Shown: one piece after another, positions 17,276-31,690 of the stretch | Layout: each line of letters begins with the position of its first letter | Position numbering within the stretch: position 1 is the first letter of the stretch | DNA from: Escherichia coli | Lineage (GTDB): Bacteria > Pseudomonadota > Gammaproteobacteria > Enterobacterales > Enterobacteriaceae | Strand: one strand, 5' to 3' | Length of the DNA stretch: 64,000 nt | Assembly (NCBI RefSeq): GCF_009931435.1 | Contig: NZ_CP043414.1 | The notes under the pieces: model-generated | What the model was told of the DNA's origin: nothing | Seen by the model: the letters and a program-made list of their open reading frames with translations, nothing else | The model's database searches: none | Position numbers and translations under genes: made by a program

Positions 17276-18658
17276 TTATCCCACCAGCATCCAGGTCGCC
17301 GGAACTGAGGCAATTAACAGCATGCCAATCAGCACCATTTCCTGACGATTCAGTACATTATCATGTGTATGCGTTTTACGCGCGTACAGGAAGACCAGTA
17401 GCCCTGGCGCATACAGAACGACGGACAACAGCAGATGCATTGGACCAGAGGCGTACAATAACCATAAGCCATAAATGCAGGCACCGACACCTACCGCTTT
17501 ATGCAGTGGACGGGTTGCAATTTTCAGCAAGAACGCGCCGACCAGGAAATAAGGCACCAGAATCATTTCTGAGGCGATGGTCAGCAATGTGTTGTAATCG
17601 GAACCGGTCAGCCAGATCAGTACCAGACAAATTTGCACGCAGATATTGGTCAGCCACAGTGAGGCGGATGGCGCGGCTTGTGCGTTCTGGCGCGCGAAAA
17701 TGCGCGGGAATGCTTTATGGGTGGCTGCCAGGAACGGAACTTCTGCCGCCATGATGGTCCAGCTTAAGTACGCACCGCAAACGGAAACGATCAAACCGGC
17801 AGCGATGATGATTTCGCCCCACGGTCCCATCATTTCCACCATCAGACCGGCCATTGACGGGTTACGAATTTCAGCCAGTTCAGGACGTGCTACCACGCCC
17901 AGCGAAAGCAGCGTTACCAGCAAGTAAACGCCCAGAGCGGAGAGAACCGCCAGCAGTGTTGCTTTACCTACATCACGTTTATTACGCGCACGCGCCGAAA
18001 CGACCACAGCACCTTCCACACCAATGAAAACCCACAGGGTGATCAGCATGGTGTTTTTCACCTGTTCCCATACCGGTACGCCAAGTGCAAGGCCAGTAAA
18101 GTCGAGCTTGAAGGTGTCCAGTTTGAACATCATCATCGCCAGCACAATAAACAGGCCCAGCGGCAACAATTTTGCCAGTGTCGCCACCAGGTTAATGCTG
18201 GCAGCGGTTTGTACCCCGCGCAGGATCAAAAAGTGAACAATCCACAATAAAGCCGAGGCACCGACGATCGATTGCCAGGTATTGCCATCGCCAAACAGAC
18301 GCAATTCCGGCGTGTCCGTAAAAAAGCTTAACGCGGAAAAAACGATCACCAGATAGGAGACGTTGGCGATAACCGCGCACAGCCAGTACCCCCATGCGGA
18401 ACAAAAGCCGATTAACTCACCAAATCCTTCGCGGGCATAGGTAAAGATGCCGCCGTCAAGCTCGGGGCGAATGCGTGTGAGGATCAGCATGGCAAAGGCC
18501 AGCAATAAAATGCCAGCACCAGTAATGCTCCAGCCGATGAGCAGTGCTGCCGGGCTGGCAACTGCCGCCATATTTTGCGGCAGACTGAAAACACCCGCGC
18601 CCAGCATTGAGCTTAATACCAGCGCGGTGAGTGCGCTCAGTCCCAGTTTCTTTTCCAT
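17276..18658 (-). CDS. ydgI: putative arginine:ornithine antiporter (APC family)
   Basis: 460-aa polytopic membrane ORF; K-12 synteny. Confidence 0.85.
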   Translation of the reverse strand: MEKKLGLSALTALVLSSMLGAGVFSLPQNMAAVASPAALLIGWSITGAGILLLAFAMLILTRIRPELDGGIFTYAREGFGELIGFCSAWGYWLCAVIANVSYLVIVFSALSFFTDTPELRLFGDGNTWQSIVGASALLWIVHFLILRGVQTAASINLVATLAKLLPLGLFIVLAMMMFKLDTFKLDFTGLALGVPVWEQVKNTMLITLWVFIGVEGAVVVSARARNKRDVGKATLLAVLSALGVYLLVTLLSLGVVARPELAEIRNPSMAGLMVEMMGPWGEIIIAAGLIVSVCGAYLSWTIMAAEVPFLAATHKAFPRIFARQNAQAAPSASLWLTNICVQICLVLIWLTGSDYNTLLTIASEMILVPYFLVGAFLLKIATRPLHKAVGVGACIYGLWLLYASGPMHLLLSVVLYAPGLLVFLYARKTHTHDNVLNRQEMVLIGMLLIASVPATWMLVG

Positions 18659-18795
18659 CGATATCCAGTGGTTAAAACGTGATTAGAAGAATAAATATTA
18701 GGGCAAAACGCATAAAAATGGAGTTTGCCACTGAAGCGCGGGATTTTACGAAGAGATGTGTCTGCATGCAATGGTCGTGGGGAAATTTGTGACTA

Positions 18796-18825
18796 AAAAT
18801 GCGAAAGGCGGCATTAAGCCGCCTT
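18796..18825 (-). terminator. intrinsic terminator after ydgH
   Basis: AAGGCGGC/GCCGCCTT stem followed by T5 on minus strand. Confidence 0.65.
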
Positions 18826-18843
18826 ATAGTGGTAACTGAATAG

Positions 18844-19788
18844 TTATTTATACAGATCTGCGCTAACGGTGAGGTTATTACCACGTTCCTGCCACTGGCG
18901 GGTGATGTGGTAATACTTAGCGCCTTTCTTCGCGGCACGTTTCGCAACCTGATAGGAGACTTCGGTCATGTTGCCATAGTTGCCAGAGAATTTGATGCTG
19001 TCGAATGGAACCATCATCGCTGCTGTTGCTTTGTTCAGTTCTTCGACTTTAGTACCATCAGGAAGCGTGACAGTGTAACGCCCGCCTTTTGATGACTGGG
19101 TTTCAAAGAAGCGACCAACTTCAGAACTTGGTGATGCGGTTGTCGCAACCCCTGGGATCTCTACTTTCTTCGCTGCTTCGCCACCCGCAGCCAGAGCTGC
19201 ACGTCCCGCTTCGGAATCTGCCGGGATCACATCCGGGCTTTGTACGACGCGTTTCTTAGCATCTTTTTTATAGATGAACGCTGTAATGCGCTGGTTACCG
19301 CCCTGGTTAGCATCGATTTGACGAACAATGTAGAAAGCGTAAGCGCCTTTCGCTTTTGCCGCTTTGGTGATGGCGTCATTGACTTCAGGCTGGCTACGAT
19401 AGAAGCCCTGAACGGTAACCGTATCAAACGGTTCAATCAGAACGGCCTGATCTTTTGGCAGTTCGACAACACCGTTGATAACGCGATTACTTGTTTCTTC
19501 GGCTTTTTCAGCATCGGCTTTATAGAGGTCAGCGACCACACGCCAGTTACCGCTGTTACCAAAATCAGAAGTGTCGACAACATAAAAAGAGGCGGCACCT
19601 TCTTTATCAGCGCGACGAGAAACGGCTTTCACCGCTTCGCCAATAGCATTAAAACGACCGGTAACCACTACACGGTCAAAAGGTTTAACCGCTGCCGCTT
19701 GCTCCGGTGTCAGTTCTGTTGCTGCGTTAACGGAAAAGGCCGTAGCAGAAAGCAGTGCCGACGCCAGGAGGGTGTTCTTAAGCTTCAT
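18844..19788 (-). CDS. ydgH: DUF1471 periplasmic protein YdgH
   Basis: 314-aa ORF with signal peptide and three internal repeats. Confidence 0.85.
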   Translation of the reverse strand: MKLKNTLLASALLSATAFSVNAATELTPEQAAAVKPFDRVVVTGRFNAIGEAVKAVSRRADKEGAASFYVVDTSDFGNSGNWRVVADLYKADAEKAEETSNRVINGVVELPKDQAVLIEPFDTVTVQGFYRSQPEVNDAITKAAKAKGAYAFYIVRQIDANQGGNQRITAFIYKKDAKKRVVQSPDVIPADSEAGRAALAAGGEAAKKVEIPGVATTASPSSEVGRFFETQSSKGGRYTVTLPDGTKVEELNKATAAMMVPFDSIKFSGNYGNMTEVSYQVAKRAAKKGAKYYHITRQWQERGNNLTVSADLYK

Positions 19789-20248
19789 AAAAATAATCCT
19801 TCGCCTTGCGCAAACCAGGTACTGGTATTGTTATTAACGAGAAACGTGGCTGATTATTGCATTTAAACGGTGTAACTGTCTGCGTCATTTTTCATATCAC
19901 ATTCCTTAAGCCAATTTTAATCCTGTTCAAATGACGGTCTATGCTTAAAAAACAGCCGTATCAGCATCAATACTACTGAAGCAACTGAATTGTATAAGTT
20001 AATTTAATGTTAAGTAATGATTCGTGCCGGGGCGATATCACGTTTTACCTGTCCACCGAAGATAATTATCAGTCTTTATCTAGCGTTCTAAGGTGTTTAT
20101 CCCACTATCACGGCTGAATCGTTAATATTTTGCGAGTTCACGCCGAAATACTGATTTTTGGCGCTAGATCACAGGCATAATTTTCAGTACGTTATAGGGC
20201 GTTTGTTACTAATTTATTTTAACGGAGTAACATTTAGCTCGTACATGA

Positions 20249-21844
<1,596 letters not shown>

Positions 21845-21851
21845 GGGGTAA

Positions 21852-23243
<1,392 letters not shown>

Positions 23244-23247
23244 ACTT

Positions 23248-23280
23248 GACGGCCTCTGCGGAGGCCGTCACTCTTTATTG
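23248..23280 (+). terminator. intrinsic terminator after pntB
   Basis: GACGGCCTC-TGCG-GAGGCCGTC perfect 9-bp stem followed by T-rich tail. Confidence 0.7.
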
Positions 23281-24302
23281 AGATCGCTTAACAGAACGGC
23301 GATGCTTTGACCTCCCGCTGTTTGTTCAAGCGCAATTTTGACAATAATTGTCAACGGCACGGAAAGCAGCATACCCACCGGTCCTAACAACCATCCCCAA
23401 AAAATCAACGACAGAAATACCACCAATGTGGAAAGCCCCAGCCCACGCCCCATGATCCGCGGCTCCAGAATATTGCCGAAGACCAGATTAATCAGCAGAT
23501 ATCCCGCCAGCACCAGCAACGCTTCGTAGAAGCCATTAAACACCAGTACCTGAGCGATAGGGGGGATTGCCGCGAGGACTGAACCAATATTCGGGATGTA
23601 ATTAAGCGCAAAGGCCAGCAATCCCCAGACAAAAGCGAAGCGAACATCGAGTGCGGCGAGCATCGCCCAGGCGACCAGGCCGGTGATGATGCTGATGGCT
23701 GTTTTCAGCACCAGATAATGAGACACACTGTCAATCGCGCGCTGAATCGCCGCCATCCCTTCAACCGGACGCGCCATCATTTGCTGAAATTTTCCGGGCA
23801 ATTGTGGCACTTCGAGCAGCATAAACAACACCGTCAGCAGCAATAAAAATATTGATGACATGGCATTAGATAACTGCGTCAATAAGTTGGTGAGCAACGT
23901 CATCGCCGCGTTCGGATCAATGTAATGCGCCAGTTGGTCAACTGAGACGTCAATCCCTACGCGTTGCAACAACGGCTCAAGAGCTTGCAGCGGCGTCATA
24001 ATAGAGTTGCGATATTGCGGTAACGTCCGCGTCAACTCGTTGAGCGCGGAACCCAGATAAGCTAACAGCAACACCATAGCCATCACGATGATGGTCATCA
24101 AAATCGACACCGCCAGTACACGCGGCACTCGCCAGCGGACCATGTGTTGCACCAGCGGGTTAAGAATAACAGCAATAAATAATGCGAGAATAAACGGCAC
24201 GATGATCTCGGCGGCAAAACGGATACCGCAGAGAATAATGACCAGCATTCCCAACATAATGACGATTTTTAGACCATTGAGCGTGATGATCGGCTTTGCC
24301 AT
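23268..24302 (-). CDS. tqsA: autoinducer-2 exporter TqsA (AI-2E family)
   Basis: 344-aa polytopic membrane ORF; K-12 synteny. Confidence 0.85.
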
Positions 24303-24713
24303 GCTTGTCCCCGTTTTTTCTTTCTTTGCTAATAATAATGTCTTTTTCGTTCCGTCATCATAACGAAAATCAAACTGCTCAGGTAAAGAAGTGAAAATAT
24401 TTTGAGTTAATTCTTAAGCTATGATACAAATCAGGCGTGTTCAACTACCGAGGACAATTATCATCCGCGATGATGAGAAGCAACACTGCGGATAATTGTA
24501 ATATTATGGACAATTTGTTCAGGACGTTATTTTCTACATTTACCCATCTTCGTACCTCATCCACTATTTTGCTCGTAGGTGAGCAGCACTGGCGCAACGC
24601 GCTTTAGTCCTTTCTTCTGCCTAACCTTGCGCTATGCGCGGGGCTTGATCACTTTGCTCTGGTTTCGCTGAATTGAGCGAAAGATAAAATAATTCTCTTG
24701 CAGGAGAAGGACG

Positions 24714-25079
24714 ATGTATATTTATTGGATTTTATTAGGTCTGGCTATTGCTACGGAAATTACCGGCACGCTGTCAATGAAATGGGCGAGCGTCAGTGAG
24801 GGTAATGGCGGTTTTATTTTAATGCTGGTGATGATTTCTCTGTCGTATATATTTCTCTCCTTCGCCGTTAAAAAAATCGCCTTAGGCGTAGCTTATGCGC
24901 TGTGGGAAGGTATCGGTATTTTATTGATTACCTTGTTTAGCGTTTTGTTATTCGATGAAAGTTTATCGCTGATGAAAATTGCCGGGTTAACGACCCTGGT
25001 GGCTGGGATTGTATTAATCAAATCAGGTACCCGTAAAGCGTGTAAACCTGAGCCGGAGGTGAACCATGGCGCAGTTTGA
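24714..25079 (+). CDS. mdtJ: SMR-family spermidine exporter subunit MdtJ
   Basis: 121-aa four-helix SMR ORF. Confidence 0.9.
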   Translation: MYIYWILLGLAIATEITGTLSMKWASVSEGNGGFILMLVMISLSYIFLSFAVKKIALGVAYALWEGIGILLITLFSVLLFDESLSLMKIAGLTTLVAGIVLIKSGTRKACKPEPEVNHGAV

Positions 25080-25395
25080 ATGGGTACACGCCGTCTGGCT
25101 GGCATTGGCAATCGTGCTGGAAATCGTTGCTAATGTCTTTTTGAAATTTTCTGACGGCTTTCGTCGCAAAATCTATGGTTTGCTCTCCCTGGCGGCGGTG
25201 CTGGCTGCCTTTAGTGCGCTTTCTCAAGCCGTTAAAGGGATTGACTTGTCTGTAGCCTATGCATTGTGGGGCGGATTTGGTATTGCCGCCACGTTAGTCG
25301 CAGGTTGGGTTTTGTTTGGTCAACGTTTAAATCGCAAAGGCTGGATTGGCCTGGTCTTGCTGTTGGCTGGAATGATTATGGTGAAGTTTGCCTGA
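25066..25395 (+). CDS. mdtI: SMR-family spermidine exporter subunit MdtI
   Basis: 109-aa SMR ORF overlapping mdtJ by 14 nt. Confidence 0.9.
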   Translation: MAQFEWVHAVWLALAIVLEIVANVFLKFSDGFRRKIYGLLSLAAVLAAFSALSQAVKGIDLSVAYALWGGFGIAATLVAGWVLFGQRLNRKGWIGLVLLLAGMIMVKFA

Positions 25396-25400
25396 TGAAC

Positions 25401-25430
25401 ACGCTGCCCGTGCTGTCGGGCAGCGTTTGA
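25401..25430. terminator. GC-rich hairpin between convergent mdtI and ydgD
   Basis: ACGCTGCCCG/CGGGCAGCGT perfect 10-bp inverted repeat; weak U-tracts. Confidence 0.45.
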
Positions 25431-25433
25431 ATG

Positions 25434-26255
25434 CTATTTTTGCAAAAGTTGGTCTAGCTTGTCGCGAAAACCAGTGACAGAAATGGCCCGGTTATCGGCA
25501 CGCCAGCGATCTTTCGCGGCAGGAGCCGAACTTTGCACGCCAATTAACTGCCAGCCGTCATCGGTATGCAACATCAGAGGCGAACCGCTGTCACCCGGCA
25601 AGGTATCGCACTGATGTGACATCACCGACGTTTGCGCCCAGCCAGTTACTTCACAGTTTTGATGACTGTACAACGTATCGAGATGATCTTCAGGGTATCC
25701 CGCTTGAGTCACTTTTCGACCTGCCGCTTTTAATGCGGCGGTAAGTGCGGCTTTATCTCCCGCAAATAACGGCAATGGTGTAATGCCAGAAGGGGGATTA
25801 CGTAGCACAATCAAACCGAAGTCCCACGGCGCAGCTGCGGGAGGAACAATCCAACCATCCCCATCTGCTTTTAACCGCTTTCCCAGTGTCGGGTCAACGC
25901 GGCCTTCTATGTCGTGGATCTCATAGCGCCAAAGACCTTTATTTGACACAAAACGCAGCGCCACCGCTTTATCGGCTTTACCCTTTGGCGGCGTCAATAA
26001 ACAGTGTCCTGCCGTTAATGCCAGATTGGGTGCAATTAGCGTCGCCGTACATAAATTGCCGCTGGCCGTTTCCAGTTGCCCAACCGCATCCCACGGTGAT
26101 TGGGTCGTGTCATTCACTGGCACACGATCATCATGACCAAAAAACAGGGTGCTGACCTCATCGTTTGCCGATTTGGCAACGTCTGGTTTATCTGCAAACA
26201 CAAAAGCAGACGTCAAACTAATTGCACCCAACACTACTGCAATGGTTGTACGCAT
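25434..26255 (-). CDS. ydgD: putative trypsin-like serine peptidase YdgD
   Basis: 273-aa ORF with signal peptide, TAGHC and GDSGSP motifs. Confidence 0.85.
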   Translation of the reverse strand: MRTTIAVVLGAISLTSAFVFADKPDVAKSANDEVSTLFFGHDDRVPVNDTTQSPWDAVGQLETASGNLCTATLIAPNLALTAGHCLLTPPKGKADKAVALRFVSNKGLWRYEIHDIEGRVDPTLGKRLKADGDGWIVPPAAAPWDFGLIVLRNPPSGITPLPLFAGDKAALTAALKAAGRKVTQAGYPEDHLDTLYSHQNCEVTGWAQTSVMSHQCDTLPGDSGSPLMLHTDDGWQLIGVQSSAPAAKDRWRADNRAISVTGFRDKLDQLLQK

Positions 26256-26530
26256 ATCACACTCTGGTGGGTAATTATGATTATTAAAAGCAAACCCTCA
26301 TAAATACTATAGACGGGACGGGATGAAAGTGGGAGCAAAATCAGATAACTACGATCAGGAAAGATAAAAACGGGTGGCAATCAGTGCGCATAAAATAAGG
26401 ATGATAAGAATGAACTCAAAGCGATAACGGCCCACCATACTACCCTCCGCTAAAGGCGGTGCCAAACGTTACCCGCTTAGCACCGTAATTTTCAGGCGCG
26501 AGGGGGCGCGCCAGCATTACTGTTGAAAAC

Positions 26531-26839
26531 TTACGCTGCGGGTTGTGCAGCAGGTTTTGCCGGTTGCTGATGGCTGTGTTTCTTGGCGTGTTTCTTCGCT
26601 GCCTGCGCTTTTTGTTCAGGGGCTTTCTGTTCAGCTTTCGCATTTTTATGATGCTTTTTAGCCGCCTGCGCTTTCTGGGCAGGTGCTGCTTTATGCTGTT
26701 TTTTATGATGTGTAGTTTTCGCCGGCGCTGCTTTGGTGGTCGTCGCAGTCGGAGCAGGTGTGGTCGCAGTCTCTGCAGCAAAGGCGGCAGAAGACAGACC
26801 CATAGCAGCGGCAACAACCAGAGCTAATACTTTTTTCAT
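26531..26839 (-). CDS. asr: acid shock protein Asr
   Basis: ORF 26531..26866; start set at MKKVLALVV (102 aa); Lys/Ala/His-rich repeats. Confidence 0.85.
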   Translation of the reverse strand: MKKVLALVVAAAMGLSSAAFAAETATTPAPTATTTKAAPAKTTHHKKQHKAAPAQKAQAAKKHHKNAKAEQKAPEQKAQAAKKHAKKHSHQQPAKPAAQPAA

Positions 26840-27261
26840 TGTCATACCCTCAATTTGTTTTTTCATTTAACCCCACTGCGGGGCCGTTGAAATAACTATA
26901 TCCCTGGGAATGGCAGACTTCCGTGAGTGGTTGGTTTCAGCGTGTAACGATATGTACAAACGTTAAATAAATTACAGCGTTGATAATAACGTATTGTGAC
27001 TTAAGGGAAATTTAGCTACCAATAATAGTAGTCTTGATCGGGTTAACTATTTTACTACTTACAAAGCGGTAGAATAACTGCGCATCAGTAATAAATGACA
27101 CACAGCAAAATGAATCCGTTTATTTGGGTACTTATAATCCTGATGACACTAGATGCGCTGCGGGAATTGGCTGGCGCTTCGTCTATTTTAGGATGGCTAT
27201 TAACGTTGGTTTGAGCAGGCAATAAGTCCGGATGGGTATTTACCGCAGTCCGGACTTATTT

Positions 27262-28515
27262 TTAGGCGTGCAGACGACGATGCAAACGCGTCCCGACCAG
27301 CAGAGCAATGACCAGCATCAGAGCAATAAATGCGCCGACGCCGTTCCAGCCATAGTTATGCCAGAAAACACCACCCAGCGTCCCGGCAATACTCGACCCC
27401 AGATAGTAACTGAACAGATACAGCGAGGAGGCCTGGCCTTTAGCGCGTTTTGCGCGGGGGCCGATCCAGCTGCTGGCAACTGAGTGGGCTGCGAAGAATC
27501 CGGCTGAGAAGAGTAACATTCCGGCAAAGATTAGCCACAGCGAGCTGAATAAGGTCATCAGTAAACCAAACAGCATAACCCCCGTCGAAAACAACATCAC
27601 CGGACCGCGCCCATAACGGGTGGTCATGGTTCCGGCTTTGGGTGAGCTCCATGTACCGGTCAAATAAGCCAGCGATAATAAGCCAACCACGGCCTGACTG
27701 ACATGCCAGGGGGAGAGCATCAACCGATAGCCGATGTAATTAAACAGCGTGACGAACGACCCCATCAGCAAAAAGCCTTCTGCGAACAATAACGGCAATC
27801 CCCGGTCACGCCAGTGCAGACGAAAGTTGATAAATAACGTCTTTGGTCGCAGGGAAGTCGGGCGAAAATGGCGTGATTCCGGGAGGATTTTCCAGAACAT
27901 CAACGCCGAGGTCAGCGCGAAACAGCCGATAGCCGCCAGAGCAATTCGCCAGTTGAAAAAGTCCGTGAAGACACCGCTAATTAAGCGTCCGCTCATGCCG
28001 CCAATTGAGTTGCCGCTGATATACAACCCCATCGAAAAGGCCACGAAACTGGGGTGGATTTCCTCGCTAAGATAAGTCATGCCAACAGCTGCAACGCCAC
28101 TTAACGAAAGCCCAATCAAGGCGCGCATAATCAAAATGCCGTGCCAGCTGGTCATCATTGTCGAAAGTAACGTACAAATGGAGGCCAACAGTAGCGCCGT
28201 GACCATCACTGGTTTGCGACCAATGGCATCGGATAGCGGGCCAGTAAACAGCAAACCGATAGCCAACATCGCCGTTGAAATGGACAGTGAAATACTACTG
28301 TTCGCAGGCGTTAAGCCAAACTCCTGCGAAAGCACCGGAAGGATAGGTTGCACACAATAGAGAAGTGCGAAGGTTGCCAGTCCGGCAGAGAAAAGCGCCA
28401 GGGTGACGCGCATAAATTGCGGCGTACCGCGTTTAATAAATTGATTTGGCTGAGAAATGCTTTGCTTGTCAGTGACGCTTGCCGGAGCGCCATCAACAGT
28501 TGTAGTACGGCTCAC
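27262..28515 (-). CDS. ynfM: MFS transporter YnfM
   Basis: 417-aa 12-TM ORF; K-12 synteny. Confidence 0.85.
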   Translation of the reverse strand: MSRTTTVDGAPASVTDKQSISQPNQFIKRGTPQFMRVTLALFSAGLATFALLYCVQPILPVLSQEFGLTPANSSISLSISTAMLAIGLLFTGPLSDAIGRKPVMVTALLLASICTLLSTMMTSWHGILIMRALIGLSLSGVAAVGMTYLSEEIHPSFVAFSMGLYISGNSIGGMSGRLISGVFTDFFNWRIALAAIGCFALTSALMFWKILPESRHFRPTSLRPKTLFINFRLHWRDRGLPLLFAEGFLLMGSFVTLFNYIGYRLMLSPWHVSQAVVGLLSLAYLTGTWSSPKAGTMTTRYGRGPVMLFSTGVMLFGLLMTLFSSLWLIFAGMLLFSAGFFAAHSVASSWIGPRAKRAKGQASSLYLFSYYLGSSIAGTLGGVFWHNYGWNGVGAFIALMLVIALLVGTRLHRRLHA

Positions 28516-28621
28516 TTGAAATCCTTGCTAAATATGCCTGTGGATCAGGCTTATGAATAGATTAGGAAAATCGAATTGTTCTGTCTAATATATTAATAAT
28601 CTCAAATAAGATGTTTTAAAT

Positions 28622-29515
28622 ATGAATATTGAACTTCGTCATCTGCGTTACTTTGTTGCTGTTGCGGAAGAGCTGCATTTCGGGCGCGCCGCTGCCCGCC
28701 TGAATATTTCGCAACCACCGCTAAGTCAGCAGATTCAGGCGCTGGAGCAACAAATTGGTGCCCGACTGCTGGCACGGACCAATCGCAGTGTATTGCTGAC
28801 GGAAGCAGGAAAACAGTTTCTTGCAGATAGTCGGCAAATCCTGTCTATGGTGGATGACGCTGCCGCTCGCGCTGAAAGGCTGCATCAGGGCGAAGCGGGG
28901 GAGTTGCGCATTGGTTTTACTTCGTCCGCTCCTTTTATTCGGGCGGTGTCCGATACGTTATCGCTGTTTCGTCGTGATTATCCCGATGTCCATTTACAAA
29001 CCCGCGAAATGAACACTCGCGAGCAAATCGCTCCGCTCATTGAAGGAACGCTGGATATGGGATTGCTGCGTAACACAGCGTTACCGGAGACGCTTGAACA
29101 CGCAGTCATCGTCCATGAACCGCTTATGGCGATGATCCCGCACGATCATCCCCTGGCAAATAACCCGAGTGTAACGCTGGCTGAACTGGCGAAAGAACCC
29201 TTTGTCTTTTTTGATCCGCACGTAGGGACAGGGCTGTATGACGATATTCTCGGGCTGATGAGACGTTACAATTTGACGCCCGTCATCACTCAGGAGGTGG
29301 GTGAGGCAATGACCATCATCGGTCTGGTTTCCGCTGGTCTGGGTGTTTCAATTTTGCCTGCGTCATTTAAACGTGTTCAGCTCAACGAAATGCGCTGGGT
29401 GCCGATTGCTGAAGAGGATGCGGTTTCTGAAATGTGGTTGGTCTGGCCGAAACACCATGAACAAAGTCCGGCTGCGCGTAACTTTCGTATTCATCTGCTG
29501 AATGCTCTCAGGTGA
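28622..29515 (+). CDS. ynfL: LysR-family transcriptional regulator YnfL
   Basis: 297-aa ORF with N-terminal LysR HTH, divergent from ynfM. Confidence 0.85.
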   Translation: MNIELRHLRYFVAVAEELHFGRAAARLNISQPPLSQQIQALEQQIGARLLARTNRSVLLTEAGKQFLADSRQILSMVDDAAARAERLHQGEAGELRIGFTSSAPFIRAVSDTLSLFRRDYPDVHLQTREMNTREQIAPLIEGTLDMGLLRNTALPETLEHAVIVHEPLMAMIPHDHPLANNPSVTLAELAKEPFVFFDPHVGTGLYDDILGLMRRYNLTPVITQEVGEAMTIIGLVSAGLGVSILPASFKRVQLNEMRWVPIAEEDAVSEMWLVWPKHHEQSPAARNFRIHLLNALR

Positions 29516-29649
29516 GGGAAATTTCAGCGAAAAAGCCCGAAAAATGTGCTGTTAATCACATGCCTAAGTAAAAATTTGACGACACGTATTGAAGTGCTTC
29601 ACCATAGCCTACAGATTATTTCGGAGCGCGAAAATATAGGGAGTATGCG

Positions 29650-30870
29650 GTGGTTGCTGAAAACCAGCCTGGGCACATTGATCAAATAAAGCAGACCAAC
29701 GCGGGCGCGGTTTATCGCCTGATTGATCAGCTTGGTCCAGTCTCGCGTATCGATCTTTCCCGTCTGGCGCAACTGGCTCCTGCCAGTATCACCAAAATTG
29801 TCCGTGAGATGCTCGAAGCACACCTGGTGCAAGAGCTGGAAATCAAAGAAGCGGGGAACCGTGGCCGTCCGGCGGTGGGGCTGGTGGTTGAAACTGAAGC
29901 CTGGCACTATCTTTCTCTGCGCATTAGTCGCGGGGAGATTTTCCTTGCTTTGCGCGATCTGAGCAGCAAACTGGTGGTGGAGGAGTCGCAGGAACTGGCG
30001 TTAAAAGATGACTCGCCATTGTTGGATCGTATCATTTCCCATATCGATCAGTTTTTTATCCGCCATCAGAAAAAACTTGAGCGTCTGACTTCTATTGCCA
30101 TTACCTTGCCGGGAATTATTGATACGGAAAATGGTATTGTACATCGCATGCCGTTCTACGAGGATGTAAAAGAGATGCCGCTCGGCGAGGCGCTGGAGCA
30201 GCATACCGGCGTACCGGTTTATATTCAGCATGATATCAGCGCATGGACGATGGCTGAGGCCTTGTTTGGTGCCTCACGCGGGGCGCGCGATGTGATTCAG
30301 GTGGTTATCGATCACAACGTGGGGGCGGGCGTCATTACCGATGGTCATCTGCTACACGCAGGCAGCAGTAGCCTCGTGGAGATTGGTCACACGCAGGTCG
30401 ACCCATATGGGAAACGCTGTTATTGCGGGAATCACGGCTGCCTCGAAACCATTGCCAGTGTGGACAGTATTCTTGAGTTGGCACAGCTGCGTCTCAATCA
30501 ATCCATGAGCTCGATGTTACACGGACAGCCGTTAACCGTTGACTCATTGTGTCAGGCGGCATTGCACGGCGATCTGCTGGCAAAAGACATCATTACCGGG
30601 GTAGGCGCACATGTTGGGCGCATTCTTGCCATCATGGTGAATTTATTTAACCCACAAAAAATACTGATTGGCTCACCGTTAAGTAAAGCAGCAGATATCC
30701 TCTTCCCGGTCATCTCGGATAGCATCCGTCAGCAGGCCCTTCCTGCGTATAGTAAGCACATTAGCGTTGAGAGTACCCAGTTTTCTAACCAGGGTACGAT
30801 GGCGGGCGCTGCGCTGGTAAAAGACGCGATGTATAACGGTTCTTTGTTGATTCGTCTGTTGCAGGGTTAA
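29650..30870 (+). CDS. mlc: ROK-family global repressor Mlc (DgsA)
   Basis: 406-aa ORF, GTG start, Cys/His zinc motif (CYCGNHGC). Confidence 0.9.
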   Translation: MVAENQPGHIDQIKQTNAGAVYRLIDQLGPVSRIDLSRLAQLAPASITKIVREMLEAHLVQELEIKEAGNRGRPAVGLVVETEAWHYLSLRISRGEIFLALRDLSSKLVVEESQELALKDDSPLLDRIISHIDQFFIRHQKKLERLTSIAITLPGIIDTENGIVHRMPFYEDVKEMPLGEALEQHTGVPVYIQHDISAWTMAEALFGASRGARDVIQVVIDHNVGAGVITDGHLLHAGSSSLVEIGHTQVDPYGKRCYCGNHGCLETIASVDSILELAQLRLNQSMSSMLHGQPLTVDSLCQAALHGDLLAKDIITGVGAHVGRILAIMVNLFNPQKILIGSPLSKAADILFPVISDSIRQQALPAYSKHISVESTQFSNQGTMAGAALVKDAMYNGSLLIRLLQG

Positions 30871-30994
30871 CATTTTTTAACTGTTCTACCAAAATTTGCG
30901 CTATCTCAATTTGGGCCAGGAAAGCATAACTTAGACTTTCAAGGTTAATTATTTTCCTGGTTTATATTTGTGAAGCATAACGGTGGAGTTAGTG

Positions 30995-31690
30995 ATGCTG
31001 AAGCGTTTCTTTATTACCGGTACAGACACTTCTGTAGGGAAAACGGTGGTTTCCCGCGCATTGCTACAAGCGTTAGCCTCCCAGGGAAAAACGGTTGCGG
31101 GATATAAACCCGTAGCGAAGGGGAGCAAAGAGACACCCGAAGGGCTGCGTAATAAAGATGCCCTGGTGTTGCAGAGTGTTTCAACCATCGAACTGCCTTA
31201 TGAAGCAGTTAATCCTATCGCGTTAAGCGAAGAAGAAAGTAGCGTGGCGCACAGTTGCCCAATCAATTACACCCTCATTTCAAACGGCCTGGCAAACCTG
31301 ACCGATAAAGTCGATCATGTGGTGGTCGAAGGTACTGGCGGTTGGCGCAGTCTGATGAATGATTTGCGTCCGCTCTCTGAATGGGTGGTGCAGGAACAAC
31401 TGCCGGTGTTGATGGTTGTCGGTATTCAGGAAGGTTGCATTAACCATGCACTGCTGACAGCTCAGGCGATTGCCAACGACGGGCTGCCGCTCATTGGCTG
31501 GGTGGCTAACCGAATCAACCCAGGACTGGCGCATTATGCGGAAATCATTGATGTGCTGGGTAAAAAACTTCCAGCACCGCTCATTGGTGAACTGCCTTAT
31601 TTACCGCGCGCCGAACAGCGTGAACTGGGGCAATACATCCGCTTAGCTATGCTGCGCAGTGTGCTGGCGGTAGATAGAGTCACGGTGTAA
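30995..31690 (+). CDS. ynfK: dethiobiotin synthetase paralog YnfK
   Basis: ORF 30983..31690; start at [17 protein letters not shown] (P-loop), 231 aa. Confidence 0.85.
   Translation: MLKRFFITGTDTSVGKTVVSRALLQALASQGKTVAGYKPVAKGSKETPEGLRNKDALVLQSVSTIELPYEAVNPIALSEEESSVAHSCPINYTLISNGLANLTDKVDHVVVEGTGGWRSLMNDLRPLSEWVVQEQLPVLMVVGIQEGCINHALLTAQAIANDGLPLIGWVANRINPGLAHYAEIIDVLGKKLPAPLIGELPYLPRAEQRELGQYIRLAMLRSVLAVDRVTV

Noticed and set aside
26543-26827. Plus-strand 94-aa ORF antisense to asr
   Set aside because: Arises from the low-complexity asr repeats; asr on the minus strand is the supported gene.
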